A DNA stretch of 64,000 bases. Source: Methanobacteriota archaeon (lineage in GTDB: Archaea; Methanobacteriota; Methanobacteria; Methanobacteriales; Methanobacteriaceae). Positions 1-10,491 of the stretch are shown here, one piece after another. Location: assembly GCA_963787255.1 (NCBI GenBank), contig CAWBCJ010000026.1:32001-96000 (forward strand). The letters run 5' to 3'. The translations under genes and the position numbers were made by a program. The stretch's first letter is position 1; every line of letters starts with the position of its first letter. The notes below the pieces were generated by a model. That model was given only the letters and a program-made list of their open reading frames with translations, was not told where the DNA came from and ran no database searches.

Positions 1-2
1 TT

Positions 3-566
3 GAAAGTAGTGATAATTTATGCAGTAATGCAATGCACGAATTAGATGCAATGATCATTTGTGGAAACGGAACAGATAAAAAAATACTTGAAGAAGCAAA
101 CGTTGCTGATGCTGATGTTTTTGTTGCAGCAACTGGAAATGACGAAGCAAATCTGCTATCATGCATACTGGTTAAAAGATACAAAATCCCGAAGATAATT
201 GCAAGAGTAAGCGATCCCACCCATGAAGAAGTATTTAAAGAGGTAGGCATTGATTCTGTAGTTAGCCCCGAACTCACTGCAGCAAGCTACCTAGAAAAAC
301 TTATAATAAGACCTAAAATAGCAGATCTTGTTATAATAGGTAAAGGAAACGCCGAACTACTAGATATTACAGTAACAAACAAAAATGTGTTCAATAAGAA
401 AACCAGTGAATTAAGCCCAACTAAAGACTTTATCATAAGTGCTTTACACGAAAATGGAGATATAATTATTCCAGATGACACTACAACCATAAAAGAAGGT
501 TGTAAAATTTCAGTTCTTGTAAAAAAACATGCAGTAAAAACAGTTGAAGAACTGTTCACATCATAA
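3..566 (+). CDS. trkA: Trk potassium uptake NAD-binding subunit TrkA (5' end outside window)
   Basis: RCK-N/RCK-C motifs ([27 protein letters not shown]). The frame is open back to the window edge. Followed by trkH. Confidence 0.92.
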   Translation, partial: ESSDNLCSNAMHELDAMIICGNGTDKKILEEANVADADVFVAATGNDEANLLSCILVKRYKIPKIIARVSDPTHEEVFKEVGIDSVVSPELTAASYLEKLIIRPKIADLVIIGKGNAELLDITVTNKNVFNKKTSELSPTKDFIISALHENGDIIIPDDTTTIKEGCKISVLVKKHAVKTVEELFTS

Positions 567-584
567 AGATGGTCTTGATATTAA

Positions 585-2069
585 ATGTATTTAGTAAATA
601 AGTTAAACAGACGCGAAATATACTCCATATTTCATTACACTGGATATATTTGCATTCTTTTAGGTTTAATAATGCTGATTCCAATATCAGTTGCTTTAAT
701 TTATAATGAATACCAACTTATTCTTCCATTCATTTATTCTACAATTATAAGCATATTAATTGGAATTCCACTTTATAAACTATTTGAAAATAAGACAGAA
801 CTCTCTCTTAAAAGCGCGATGGTATTTGCAACCAGTATCTGGCTTATCGGATGCGCTTTAGCGGCTCTACCATACTATCTTTCTGGTCAGCTCCCTTATC
901 TTGATGGTTATTTTGAAGCCATGTCCGGCTTTACAACAACCGGCTTTACCATGTATCCCAATTTAGATGTAGTTCCCTATACCATGCAGTTTTGGCGTGC
1001 GTTTACACAATGGCTTGGCGGAATAGGAATCATAGTATTAGCTCTTACAATCCTTACATCTCCTTCTATAAACATAATGAGAATGTACGCTGCAGAAGGC
1101 CGTGATGAAAGAATACTTCCAAGTATAAGACACACATCCAAAATAATACTTTATATTTACGCCCTATACACTGTAATCTCCATAGCATTGTTTTTAATAG
1201 CAGGAATGCCTGTTTTTGACTCTGTTTTCTATGCATTTACTGCATTGTCAACCGGCGGATTTGCACTTAAAAATATTAGTATTTTTTATTACCACAGCGC
1301 ATGGATCGAACTAGCAGCCATAATAATAATGATTATAGGAGCAACAAACTTTGCACTGCATTATACTATCTTAAAAGGGAATTGGAGAGAATATTTCAAG
1401 GATATTGAAACTAAAGTCGCTTATCCCTTACTTATAGTTGGAACAATTATAGTAGCAGTATTTCTCTATAATAGTTCTACATACGGACATGATTTACTTC
1501 TTTCTTTGAGATACTCTGTTTTCCAAGTAGTATCTGCATTAACCACAACTGGCCTCCAAACAGCCACCGGAGATGAAATAACATACAAATGGACCGGTCT
1601 GGGTATATTTGTGCTCACTATCTTGATGATTATTGGTGCAGGAGCATGCTCCACAGGTGGAGGTATAAAATGGTTAAGAATAGGAATACTTGTTAAAGGA
1701 ATGTGGTGGGAAGTTAAATCACTTCTAGCTCCAAGTCATGCCCGACTTCCTCAAAAAATACACCACGTAAGAGATTTAAAAGTAAGCGGAGACGTCCTAA
1801 AACTAACCGGATTATTTGTTTTTACCTATCTCTTTGTATACATAATAAGCGTTATTATTGTCCTATTTTACTATCAAAATGTTGCACAAACCCTTTTTGA
1901 AGTTGCATCAGCATTAAGCAATGTAGGGCTTGGTTCGGGATTAATAACTAACAATTCTCCCCTTGTTGTAAAAATTGTTTTTATAATAGATTTCTGGGTT
2001 GGAAGACTTGAAATATGGCCCATACTATTATTAATAGCTATTACTGCAGCTAATATTGCCCGAAAATAA
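585..2069 (+). CDS. trkH: Trk potassium uptake membrane subunit TrkH
   Basis: Multi-TM protein with the pore-loop motifs FEAMSGFTTTG, ALSTGGF, SALTTTG, GACSTGGGIK, SALSNVG and GRLEIWP. Confidence 0.95.
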   Translation: MYLVNKLNRREIYSIFHYTGYICILLGLIMLIPISVALIYNEYQLILPFIYSTIISILIGIPLYKLFENKTELSLKSAMVFATSIWLIGCALAALPYYLSGQLPYLDGYFEAMSGFTTTGFTMYPNLDVVPYTMQFWRAFTQWLGGIGIIVLALTILTSPSINIMRMYAAEGRDERILPSIRHTSKIILYIYALYTVISIALFLIAGMPVFDSVFYAFTALSTGGFALKNISIFYYHSAWIELAAIIIMIIGATNFALHYTILKGNWREYFKDIETKVAYPLLIVGTIIVAVFLYNSSTYGHDLLLSLRYSVFQVVSALTTTGLQTATGDEITYKWTGLGIFVLTILMIIGAGACSTGGGIKWLRIGILVKGMWWEVKSLLAPSHARLPQKIHHVRDLKVSGDVLKLTGLFVFTYLFVYIISVIIVLFYYQNVAQTLFEVASALSNVGLGSGLITNNSPLVVKIVFIIDFWVGRLEIWPILLLIAITAANIARK

Positions 2070-2121
2070 TATCTGTTTTTAACTCATGAATGTTGTTTTT
2101 AAGTTCAATTTAAAAAATTTA

Positions 2122-2355
2122 TTTATTCTTCGTCGTTTCATTTTTTCAAGGTAATAATCATTTGACTCATATTCTTTCCATACTGGACAAGTACTACAAA
2201 TACAGCCCCTTTTTTTTAAGATCACATTCAGTATCCTTAAAACAGAATATTCATCATTACCTTTAATGTACTTATTATGGGGTTGGAAATCCCGGGAAAT
2301 ATATCTTTCTGCATTTTTATCTATATCTGGAATTATTCCTTCAATTTCAGATATA
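2122..2355 (-). pseudogene. Decayed DUF2769-like Cys-rich protein
   Basis: Minus strand reads ...IPDIDKNAERYISRDFQPHNKYIKGNDE / FCFKDTECDLKKRGCICSTCPVWKEYESNDYY. The GCICxxCPVWxEY end matches methanogen DUF2769. The N-terminal cysteines are lost and the frame is broken. Confidence 0.6.
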
Positions 2356-2446
2356 TGAAATCACTTATTATATTATTCTATTAAATAATAATAAATAGTA
2401 TTACAATCATATATAGATATAACCATAAATAAAGGAGGTGAGATAA

Positions 2447-2800
2447 ATGGAAGAAACGAAATCCATGACTAAAGAAGTAAAATCTTTACCTGTATTTGAT
2501 ATTTCTTTGATAGTGTCAGTGATTGCTTTGATTTTATCATTCATAGCCGGAATCCTATACTTCATTATAGGATATTCAACAATATACCAAATAAGCACAT
2601 ATATTATCAGTTTAAACCCTGAAACAGCGACTGTCGTGAATTCAATTGCTGCTTCAGTCACTGCTATGGGAGCATTATATCTAATCATAGTTTGGCCTAT
2701 TATGGCATTCATTGGAACATTTATAGCAACAGCCATAGCAGTCCTACTATACAACTATCTAGCGCCTAGAATTGGCGGTATAAAATTAGAACTCGAATAA
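2447..2800 (+). CDS. Small two-TM membrane protein (DUF3566-like)
   Basis: GGAGGTGA RBS, two hydrophobic helices, and C-terminal LYNYLAPRIGGIKLELE typical of this family. Confidence 0.65.
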   Translation: MEETKSMTKEVKSLPVFDISLIVSVIALILSFIAGILYFIIGYSTIYQISTYIISLNPETATVVNSIAASVTAMGALYLIIVWPIMAFIGTFIATAIAVLLYNYLAPRIGGIKLELE

Positions 2801-2873
2801 AAAATTAATATTTTTTTCTTTGATTAAAAAAAAATATTTAGAGAATTATAAGTACAGAGGAGGTGAATATAAA

Positions 2874-3032
2874 ATGCAAAATGCACAACTTAGTGGTGGT
2901 GCGATGCTAGTGCTTGGTATTATTATCGCAATCGTTATCCTGGTACTTCCAGCATTCATTTACATATATGCTTGGATAGCAGCAATATTACTGATCATTG
3001 GGGGCATTGTTTCCTTATTGTCAGGAGGATAA
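2874..3032 (+). CDS. 52-aa two-TM small membrane protein (copy 1)
   Basis: GGAGGTGA RBS upstream of ATG 2874. A near-identical paralog at 61278-61437 differs mostly by synonymous changes. Confidence 0.85.
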   Translation: MQNAQLSGGAMLVLGIIIAIVILVLPAFIYIYAWIAAILLIIGGIVSLLSGG

Positions 3033-3315
3033 CTCTAGTATCTAACCTTGAAAATCACTTAATCTCTTTCTTTTTTTTAAGGTTTTGATATGAGGTAATG
3101 GAAATAAATAATTTGTTATTTAATTTTTTTTTTATTTTTTACATCTTTATTTAAGCGTAATTTGGCTTATTTAGAGATTAAAAAAAAAGATATTTAGATA
3201 TAAAAAATAAAAATTCTTATATTATTATTGATTTTACTTCTCTATATTTTTAATAACACAATAATTTAATGCATAAAATGATTGTTTTTATCTTTAATAC
3301 AGAAAATATATATGA

Positions 3316-4308
3316 TTAAACTAATTTAGCCTTGTCATACACATTCTTAAGGGTTTGCATGTCTACGCTGGTATAAATTTGAGTAGTAGAAAGGTTGGAA
3401 TGCCCTAAAAGCTGTTGAATAGCCCGGATATCGACACCGTTTTTTAGTAGGTGTGTTGCAAATGAATGGCGTAAAATGTGTGGTGTAACCCTTTTTTTAA
3501 TCCCCGCCTTTGTGGCATGGGTTTTAATCATCATCTGAATATACCTGGGAGTTAAGTGGTTTCCAGATCGGTTAACAAAAAGGTATTCGTCTTCTTCAGG
3601 TTTTTTTTCAATGTATTCTTCAACTAAAATCTTCGTTTCATCATCGAAAAGCACAATACGGTCCTTTTCACCTTTTCCACGTATTCTTATGGTTCTTTCG
3701 TGTAGATCAATGTAATCGGTTTGTAAGGTAACAAGTTCAGACACTCTAAGCCCAGAAGAGTAAAGTAAAGCTAAAATGACCTTGTTTCGAAGGTTCATCA
3801 GCTGTTTACTGGGTGTATTGCAGTTTGGTTTGTTGTCAAATGCGTTTATGAGGTTTTCAACTTCTTGTTCATTTAAATGTTTGGGAAGTGACTTTGTTCT
3901 TTTGGGGGTTTGAACTTCATCTAAAATGTGAATACCGCCGAATTCAAAGAATTTTTTAACAACAACAGTCACCAGGTAAATGTAATTTTGAGAAACACCT
4001 TTATCACGCTTTAAAAATTGGATATATTTCTTAAATGCTCTTAAAACTCTTCGCTCATCTGTAAGGTTTTTTTCAGATTTCAAGAATTTGTGAAAATTAA
4101 TTACTATTGATTTGTATGTTTTAATGGTGTTCCTGGAGTAATTTCTTATTTCAAGTTCTATTAAATAATCTTCAATCATCTCAGGAAAATCAAAAGTATC
4201 CAAAATGGATTTCTGCGCAATATAACTGCTTCCCTCAGCAGCAACGTCCCCGTAGCTTGCTGGAATTACATCTCTGTTTCTTTTCATTTGATTAGGATAT
4301 TGATTCAT
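3316..4308 (-). CDS. xerA: Site-specific tyrosine recombinase XerA
   Basis: Catalytic motifs [40 protein letters not shown]. Chromosomal context next to a lon-like gene and dnaG. Confidence 0.92.
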   Translation of the reverse strand: MNQYPNQMKRNRDVIPASYGDVAAEGSSYIAQKSILDTFDFPEMIEDYLIELEIRNYSRNTIKTYKSIVINFHKFLKSEKNLTDERRVLRAFKKYIQFLKRDKGVSQNYIYLVTVVVKKFFEFGGIHILDEVQTPKRTKSLPKHLNEQEVENLINAFDNKPNCNTPSKQLMNLRNKVILALLYSSGLRVSELVTLQTDYIDLHERTIRIRGKGEKDRIVLFDDETKILVEEYIEKKPEEDEYLFVNRSGNHLTPRYIQMMIKTHATKAGIKKRVTPHILRHSFATHLLKNGVDIRAIQQLLGHSNLSTTQIYTSVDMQTLKNVYDKAKLV

Positions 4309-4378
4309 TGTATCAATTGTATTGTGTTATTTTTATAATTGGAATATAGATAATTCTTATTAGATTATTAAGCTTCTA

Positions 4379-5899
4379 TTACATATAACTTCTGTCAACA
4401 TTTTCATTAGGTAAACCAAGCTTATTATTACCCATATTTTGAGAACTGGAAACATCTTTTTGCAGAGCGTTTTCAAAGGTTTTATATCTTTTAATAATTT
4501 GATCTTCAATAGAAATGGCGTTATTTATTGCAAAATTCATGTGTTTTTCCATTATAAGAGGATCACCTTCCATTACTGCAATGTCGCCAGCCATCCTTAA
4601 TACTCCACCTAGATCTCTTAATCTAAGGGTTAATGAATCCTTTTGATCATCAATAACTCTTGCTCGCTTTCTTGCTTCATCAATTAATAGTTCTACTGTT
4701 CTTCTTGTTGCATGAGGTATTTTACCATCTATTTTAATTTCTTGCGCAACGAATTGGGCCATTTTTGCCACATTTTCTTCGTTATCTGGCATTGTTGTCC
4801 TCATGAGAATTTCATATCCTTCACCTTGAATTCTTGAACGTAGTGGGGGTAGTATATATTGTATATCTCTTATATTGCATGCTCCTACAAAAATAAAGTC
4901 ACAAGGAACATTTTGTACTTTAACAGAGCTTCCAGCACTCTGTGGATTTCTACCAATTATTGGAAATACCTTATCCTGCATAGCACTTAAAATATAGCGT
5001 TGTAAACCGGCAATATGAACTATTTCATCAATAAAAAGAACTCCTTCGTGAGCTTCATGTATTGCTCCAGGAACCACTCTTTCATATGGTGGTGTTCCTA
5101 AATCTGGATGTCCTCCGTAAGGATCGTGTCTAACGTCTCCTAAAAGTTCGGTTTCACTTGCTCCTGTTGCTTGGATAAATGATTTCCTTTTCAATGGAAC
5201 GATAACATTTTTAGGTTTTTCATCTACAATTTCGCGTCGTTTCTCAAGCGCGTTCTGGTCAAGTATCTTAATTTTATCGCCGTCAATTCTTTCGTATATA
5301 ACGACTTCTTCTTTACCATTATTGGTCCTTGTTGTTGTTACTTTATCTTGTGGGAAACTTATGGGGCCGTTATTCATTTCAAACATTCCTAGAAGATCGC
5401 CTAAATGTTTTCTTCTAGCGTTGATATGGGAAAATTTGTCTCCGCCGCAATTCTGGCATATGCTCTGGTAAGCGCTGTCGTAACTGCCACAGTGAACGCA
5501 TTTAAATCCTAATCTTTCTGCAACAGCTTCAGGAACTTCAGATGCATCTACGATATCTCCTTCTGCTTTCTGGAGTTCCATCTTTTCGTTTTTTCTTTCT
5601 TTTTGAGTTTTTATTTCTATAAAGGGCCGTTCAGGTCTTTCAGGGTTATGAACAACAGTAATTTCTTCGTTTGGTTTAGTTAGATGAAAAGAGATTCCCT
5701 GTGCTATCAATGATTTACCAATTCCTGGAGGTCCTACGAGTAATAGGTTTCGCCTTTGTTTAGCAGCTATTTTAACAAATTTTATGATGTCATCGTGTCC
5801 AATTACTCTGTTTAGGGGGTCTTTTGGTATTAAAATGTCTTTTGTAGTTTCTATATCCTTTAAAAACTCTTTTTTCATGTTAACATACAATTTAAACAC
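4379..5899 (-). CDS. LonB-related AAA+ ATPase lacking the protease domain, with a CxxC...CxxC zinc-ribbon insert
   Basis: Walker A GPPGIGKS, LLGDVRHDPY, GAIHEAHEGVLFIDEI, LTLRLRDLGG. No Lon Ser-Lys protease domain or TM segments. CVHC/CQNC insert. Confidence 0.85.
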   Translation of the reverse strand: MFKLYVNMKKEFLKDIETTKDILIPKDPLNRVIGHDDIIKFVKIAAKQRRNLLLVGPPGIGKSLIAQGISFHLTKPNEEITVVHNPERPERPFIEIKTQKERKNEKMELQKAEGDIVDASEVPEAVAERLGFKCVHCGSYDSAYQSICQNCGGDKFSHINARRKHLGDLLGMFEMNNGPISFPQDKVTTTRTNNGKEEVVIYERIDGDKIKILDQNALEKRREIVDEKPKNVIVPLKRKSFIQATGASETELLGDVRHDPYGGHPDLGTPPYERVVPGAIHEAHEGVLFIDEIVHIAGLQRYILSAMQDKVFPIIGRNPQSAGSSVKVQNVPCDFIFVGACNIRDIQYILPPLRSRIQGEGYEILMRTTMPDNEENVAKMAQFVAQEIKIDGKIPHATRRTVELLIDEARKRARVIDDQKDSLTLRLRDLGGVLRMAGDIAVMEGDPLIMEKHMNFAINNAISIEDQIIKRYKTFENALQKDVSSSQNMGNNKLGLPNENVDRSYM

Positions 5900-5975
5900 C
5901 CATTAATGTTTATTATGCTGCAGTAAATGACAGAAGTCATTTAAAATGATATTTATATTATGAAATTAAAAATAT

Positions 5976-6014
5976 AAAAAAATATCCACCCCCAAATGTT
6001 GGGGGGATGGTGGA
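5976..6014 (-). terminator. GC hairpin followed by a T-run downstream of dnaG
   Basis: TCCACC/GGTGGA and CCCAA/TTGGG arms. On the minus strand the stem is followed by a T7 tract. Confidence 0.5.
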
Positions 6015-6027
6015 AGAATGTTTTTTT

Positions 6028-7188
6028 TTATCTTGTTATTACTTTGATGGGGCCCGGTTTTTTAACTACTTCGCTCATTTTTACCGCAACTATGTGTTTA
6101 AGCCCTTTTTCTTTGGCAATATCGATTAGTCTTTGACTAACTACACCGTCAAAGACCACAGCATAGGTGTGGTTGTCGATATTTTTGAGTTCGTCGTAGA
6201 GATTTTCTACTTTAACTTCTTTAAGGATATTTAAGGCATCGTCAAATATTTCAGCGTTTCCAGTACCTTCTAAGTCCTTTAGGATACCTTTCATTACTTT
6301 GATTTTGTCTTCGGCCTTTTCTTTTTCCTTTTCTTCTATTTTTTCAACTTTAACTCCGAGATCTTGATACATTTGCTCAACAGGTATTTTATCCCTTAAA
6401 GCAACCATAACTTCTTCTTTTTCTAGATCTTCTACTTCTTTTCCTCTTGGAGCTCGGGTAATATAATCAACTTCACCAACTTGTAATAATTCTTTTAAAA
6501 TTAGTTCTCCGCCTCTGTCTCCATCTACAAATGCGGTAACGGTTTTATTTTTAGTTAGTTCGGCAACAGTTTTAGGAACGCTTACTCCTTCAACTGCAAT
6601 GGCATTTTTAACGCCGTATTTTAGCAGGTTTAAAACGTCTGCTCTTCCTTCAACTACAAGTATTGCATCGGATGTTGAGACATTGGGGCCTGCTGGAAGT
6701 CGTTCATTACCAAATTCAGTTATTTCGTGAATTCTCATGGCTTCTTTGACTTCTTCTATCATTTTGAGGCTTTCTGGAGTTACTTCTTCCATCATTCCTT
6801 TGTATAATTCTTTTGCACGGTCTACCACTTTTCTTCTTTTAACTGCGCGTACATCTTCTACTTTGGAAACTTGTATGTATGCCTCGCAAGGCCCTACTCG
6901 GTTTATTGTTTCTAGTGATGCAGCAAGTATGGCGGTTTCAACACGGTCTAAGCTTGATGGAATTACTATTTCGCCTTTAGAACGGCCTCCTCTAGAGTTT
7001 ATGGTGACTTTAATTCTACCTATTCTTCCAGTTTTTTGTAATTCTCTTAAATCAAGATCATTGCTTAAAAGACCTTCTGTTTGTCCAAAGATGGCACCTA
7101 CAACATCAGGTTTTTCTACAATACCGTTAGCATTAATTTGAGCATGAATGAGATATTTAGTTGTACTTATTTCTTCGCCTTTTCCCAT
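6028..7188 (-). CDS. dnaG: Archaeal DnaG-like primase / exosome-associated protein
   Basis: VEKPDVVGAIFGQTEGLL, TOPRIM VVEGRADV and DGDRGG. Confidence 0.96.
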   Translation of the reverse strand: MGKGEEISTTKYLIHAQINANGIVEKPDVVGAIFGQTEGLLSNDLDLRELQKTGRIGRIKVTINSRGGRSKGEIVIPSSLDRVETAILAASLETINRVGPCEAYIQVSKVEDVRAVKRRKVVDRAKELYKGMMEEVTPESLKMIEEVKEAMRIHEITEFGNERLPAGPNVSTSDAILVVEGRADVLNLLKYGVKNAIAVEGVSVPKTVAELTKNKTVTAFVDGDRGGELILKELLQVGEVDYITRAPRGKEVEDLEKEEVMVALRDKIPVEQMYQDLGVKVEKIEEKEKEKAEDKIKVMKGILKDLEGTGNAEIFDDALNILKEVKVENLYDELKNIDNHTYAVVFDGVVSQRLIDIAKEKGLKHIVAVKMSEVVKKPGPIKVITR

Positions 7189-7286
7189 AAATGGGCCTCC
7201 TTTATTAAGTAGATACTTTTCGTGATATTAATATTATCACGCGTGAATGGGCTATCCATTAAACGGGAAAATCCCCTTGATAATAG

Positions 7287-7781
7287 CTATAAATAGTTAC
7301 CATAAGGATTTATTTCAAGTTCCAGTCGTTTTAAATGTTTTGGAAGACTTTCTATGTCTTTAATATATTTACGAGTAATTTTCATTATATTTTTTCTAAT
7401 ATTAAGATCAGGATGAGAGCCAAGGCATTGTATATCTTCGGACAATTTTTTGGCAAGTATATTGCCTTTTTTATCGAAATCTGTTAATATAATAACCTTT
7501 GATGATGATTCTACTGCCATTTCCGCAACTTCAAAGAGTTTAAGACCAGAACCAGAAACTTTAATTATATTGAAGTTCATGTTATGTTCTTTTGAAGTTT
7601 TTGAAAATTTTCGATTTTCAAAGACCCCAAATACAAGTTTTTTGATGGCTTCTTCGTCCTTCTTACCCTCGATAATAATTGGTGTTCCTTGTTCTACACG
7701 GAATGATAGCTCTTCAACAATACGAGATAATCTTCTAAAACTCATGATAAGCCCTTTATGAAATTTCAAATTAGTATCCAT
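7287..7781 (-). CDS. Small TOPRIM domain protein
   Basis: IIIEGKKDEEA and ILTDFDKKG TOPRIM motifs. Confidence 0.85.
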   Translation of the reverse strand: MDTNLKFHKGLIMSFRRLSRIVEELSFRVEQGTPIIIEGKKDEEAIKKLVFGVFENRKFSKTSKEHNMNFNIIKVSGSGLKLFEVAEMAVESSSKVIILTDFDKKGNILAKKLSEDIQCLGSHPDLNIRKNIMKITRKYIKDIESLPKHLKRLELEINPYGNYL

Positions 7782-7873
7782 GAGATAATATACTCAATCT
7801 TATATAAATAATTGAACATAAAAAAATGGTAATAACTCATAAAAATAATACTATTTTCTAAACTAATACTAAT

Positions 7874-8035
7874 CATGTTGTTATTTTGTCCAAATCCGTG
7901 GATAATATTGATATTCTGGAATTGTATAAAAGTCATCTTACTAATTATATCATTAAACCTGAAGATTGGGATGATTTGAATCGTGTTTTGAATTCTTTTA
8001 TGAAGTTTTGGTTTAATTCAGTTAAACTGCATTAA
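7874..8035 (+). pseudogene. 5'-truncated pseudo-receiver gene, paralog of 44876-45313
   Basis: Reads HVVILSKSVDNIDILELYKSHLTNYIIKPEDWDDLNRVLNSFMKFWFNSVKLH*, which aligns with the C-terminal third of the 44876-45313 protein. In-frame TAA at 7859 upstream. Confidence 0.8.
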
Positions 8036-8171
8036 TTCATTTTTTCATTTTTGTGAAGTTTTTTTTGTATTATTATAAACACAATTAAATAATATTAAAT
8101 CCAAAAATAATATTATTAAAATAAAAATAATATTGATAAAAATTATTTTTCCAAAAAAAAAGGCGATATAA

Positions 8172-8627
8172 ATGGGTAAAACCGAAAGCATAATAAAAAA
8201 TATACTATTGGTAGAAGATTGTCCAGCGGATATCAAACTAACAAAAGTAGCATTGAAAGAGATAAGGGTAAAAAGAAACCTATACTCAGTTTATGATGGT
8301 GTTGAAGCCCTAAAATTCCTAAACCAACAAGACCAATATGAATATATGCCTCGCCCAGACATAATACTTCTTGATTTAGGTTTACCACGAAAAGACGGTT
8401 GGGAAGTATTAAAAGAAATAAAAAACGACAAAAAACTTAAAACCATCCCTGTAATAGTTATAACTGTTTCCACTGATCCAAAAACTATTTTTAAAGCTTA
8501 TCAACTCCAAGCTAATTCTGTAATAACAAAACCTTTAGATATTGATGAATTCAGTAAAAGCATTAATGGTATTAATGATTTCTGGTTTAATACCGCCCAA
8601 TTACCTATCAAATCCCTGTTTAACTAA
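8172..8627 (+). CDS. Single-domain response regulator (Rcp1-type receiver)
   Basis: ILLVED, PDIILLDLGLP (phospho-Asp), KP, and FW C-terminal motif. Confidence 0.92.
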   Translation: MGKTESIIKNILLVEDCPADIKLTKVALKEIRVKRNLYSVYDGVEALKFLNQQDQYEYMPRPDIILLDLGLPRKDGWEVLKEIKNDKKLKTIPVIVITVSTDPKTIFKAYQLQANSVITKPLDIDEFSKSINGINDFWFNTAQLPIKSLFN

Positions 8628-8780
8628 TTTTCTGTTAATATAAACATAATTAAAGATTTATTTTTCTAACAGATGAAATATTACTCACTACTTTGTCTGT
8701 TCAGTCCAAGGAATAGTCAACCTGGACATCCATTTGAACTATTTTTTACTAATTCCGCAAAAAAAATGATGATTAAATCA

Positions 8781-8978
8781 TTATTCATTTTGTAATGCTA
8801 ATTTGCTGGTTACAATTGTTTTTGCCCTAAAAAGAAGATTATCAGCAGAATCACCATTTTTAATTGCAGTCTCAATTTTTTCTAATAAAACATTTAAATC
8901 TGCGGGTCTACATTTATATGCTTCATTTAAAAAACTTAAAGACACATCATTACCAACCATTATTGAATCTCCCTCCAC
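8781..8978 (-). CDS. Small hypothetical protein
   Basis: GGAGGGAG RBS-like sequence before MVGNDVSL. Plausible helical protein in an otherwise empty interval. Confidence 0.6.
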   Translation of the reverse strand: MEGDSIMVGNDVSLSFLNEAYKCRPADLNVLLEKIETAIKNGDSADNLLFRAKTIVTSKLALQNE

Positions 8979-9343
8979 ACAATTTACTAAAGATTGCTGT
9001 TATTATATTTGAATTAAGGAATATTTACAATTTGTGGAATAAAACAGGAAAAAAAGGTTTAATCATTGCGAATCATGAAAAAAAATCCATCCAACAAATA
9101 AATATAATTTAAGTGAATACCTAATGGAAAATAATATAAAAAATTCAAAAGTATAATTTTAAATATTCTTGTAGTCAATATCAATAAATTACAAGATTCG
9201 TTCAGTTCATATAGTAAGTGCAAAAATTAACCAAAAGACACATAAAATATTATTATAAAGTTAATGAAGTTAACTAATTAGTTTTTGCAGAACATACTAT
9301 GTTATGAGCGTATAAGATTATAATACTGAATATTTCGGAGGAT

Positions 9344-9640
9344 ATGAAAGTGGCAAAAGGCCTGATTAGAATTGTTTTAGATATTTTAAAACCCCATGAA
9401 CCTAATATACCTTATTTTGCAAAATATTTAAGTGAATTAGAAGGTGTTGATGGAGTTAACGTTACTTTAATGGAAATAGATAAAGAAACTGAAAACGTTA
9501 AGGTAACAATGCAGGGTAACGACTTAGATTTTGAAAAAATCAACGAAGCCATTAAACAATACGGCGGTTCAATTCACAGTGTTGACGAGGTAGTCGCTGG
9601 TAGAAAGCTTGTTGAAGAAGTTACAACACCTCAAGACTGA
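9344..9640 (+). CDS. DUF211 family protein
   Basis: RIVLDILKPHEP and GGSIHSVDEVVAG signature. Confidence 0.9.
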   Translation: MKVAKGLIRIVLDILKPHEPNIPYFAKYLSELEGVDGVNVTLMEIDKETENVKVTMQGNDLDFEKINEAIKQYGGSIHSVDEVVAGRKLVEEVTTPQD

Positions 9641-9746
9641 TTTTTTTATAAGTTAAATCTCACAATATAAAAATTTTTAATTCAATATTTTTTTTTATAA
9701 AAACTCTATATTATATAAAAAATTTCACGAAGGACTGGTAATTATT

Positions 9747-10412
9747 ATGGATAATGAAAAGGAGCTTTCTCCAGAAAGTTTCTTAAAAAAATTTTCAAAG
9801 AAATCGGAATTTAAGAAACTAAAACGCTTAAATATCAGCTCATCTCAAATTTCTGACGCCTTGAATAATTTAACGGGTAATCCTGGAGTAATAAAAGGAG
9901 TTAAACCTTTATTTGACACCATGGTTATTGGAAACGCTGTAACGGTTGACACAACTGCGGATGATTGGGGTACAAGTGTAAAGGCAATAGATAAGGCTAA
10001 AAAAGGCGAAATACTTTTTATTCGCGTAGATAATGATGATAAGGCTGTTTGGGGAGAATTAACCTCTAAAACCGCAAAAGAGAAAGGAATAATAGCTACC
10101 GTAATTTATGGTGCAGTAAGAGATATAAAGGCAATCAAAGAAATGGAATATCCTGTATTTTCTAGGAATATAGTTCCCAACGCCGGAAGTCCAAAAGCAG
10201 AAGGTGAAATTAACATTCCAGTTAAATGTGATAATATAACTGTTAATCCAGGAGATATTGTAATTGGAGATGAATGTGGGGTTGTAGTGATACCGAAAGA
10301 GCTTTTAAGCAAGGTATTAAATGAATCAGTGAACATTAAAAAGAAGGAAAAAGAGATTATCTCTAAAATAGAGAAAGGATCTTCATTGTCTTCAATTTTG
10401 GAATTAAAATAA
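9747..10412 (+). CDS. RraA/HMG-aldolase family protein
   Basis: ISDAL, AVWGELT, YGAVRD and VNPGDIVIGDECGVVVIP motifs. Confidence 0.88.
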   Translation: MDNEKELSPESFLKKFSKKSEFKKLKRLNISSSQISDALNNLTGNPGVIKGVKPLFDTMVIGNAVTVDTTADDWGTSVKAIDKAKKGEILFIRVDNDDKAVWGELTSKTAKEKGIIATVIYGAVRDIKAIKEMEYPVFSRNIVPNAGSPKAEGEINIPVKCDNITVNPGDIVIGDECGVVVIPKELLSKVLNESVNIKKKEKEIISKIEKGSSLSSILELK

Positions 10413-10491
10413 AAAATTTTTTATACAGAATAAATTAAATATCATTTAAACTATACAATTTTGATTATATTATACAAGGGATTATTATACT

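Noticed and set aside
3193-3220. TTTAGATATAA downstream of xerA, resembling one arm of an archaeal dif site
   Set aside because: There is no matching second arm after a 6-bp spacer, and such a half-site is expected by chance in AT-rich DNA.
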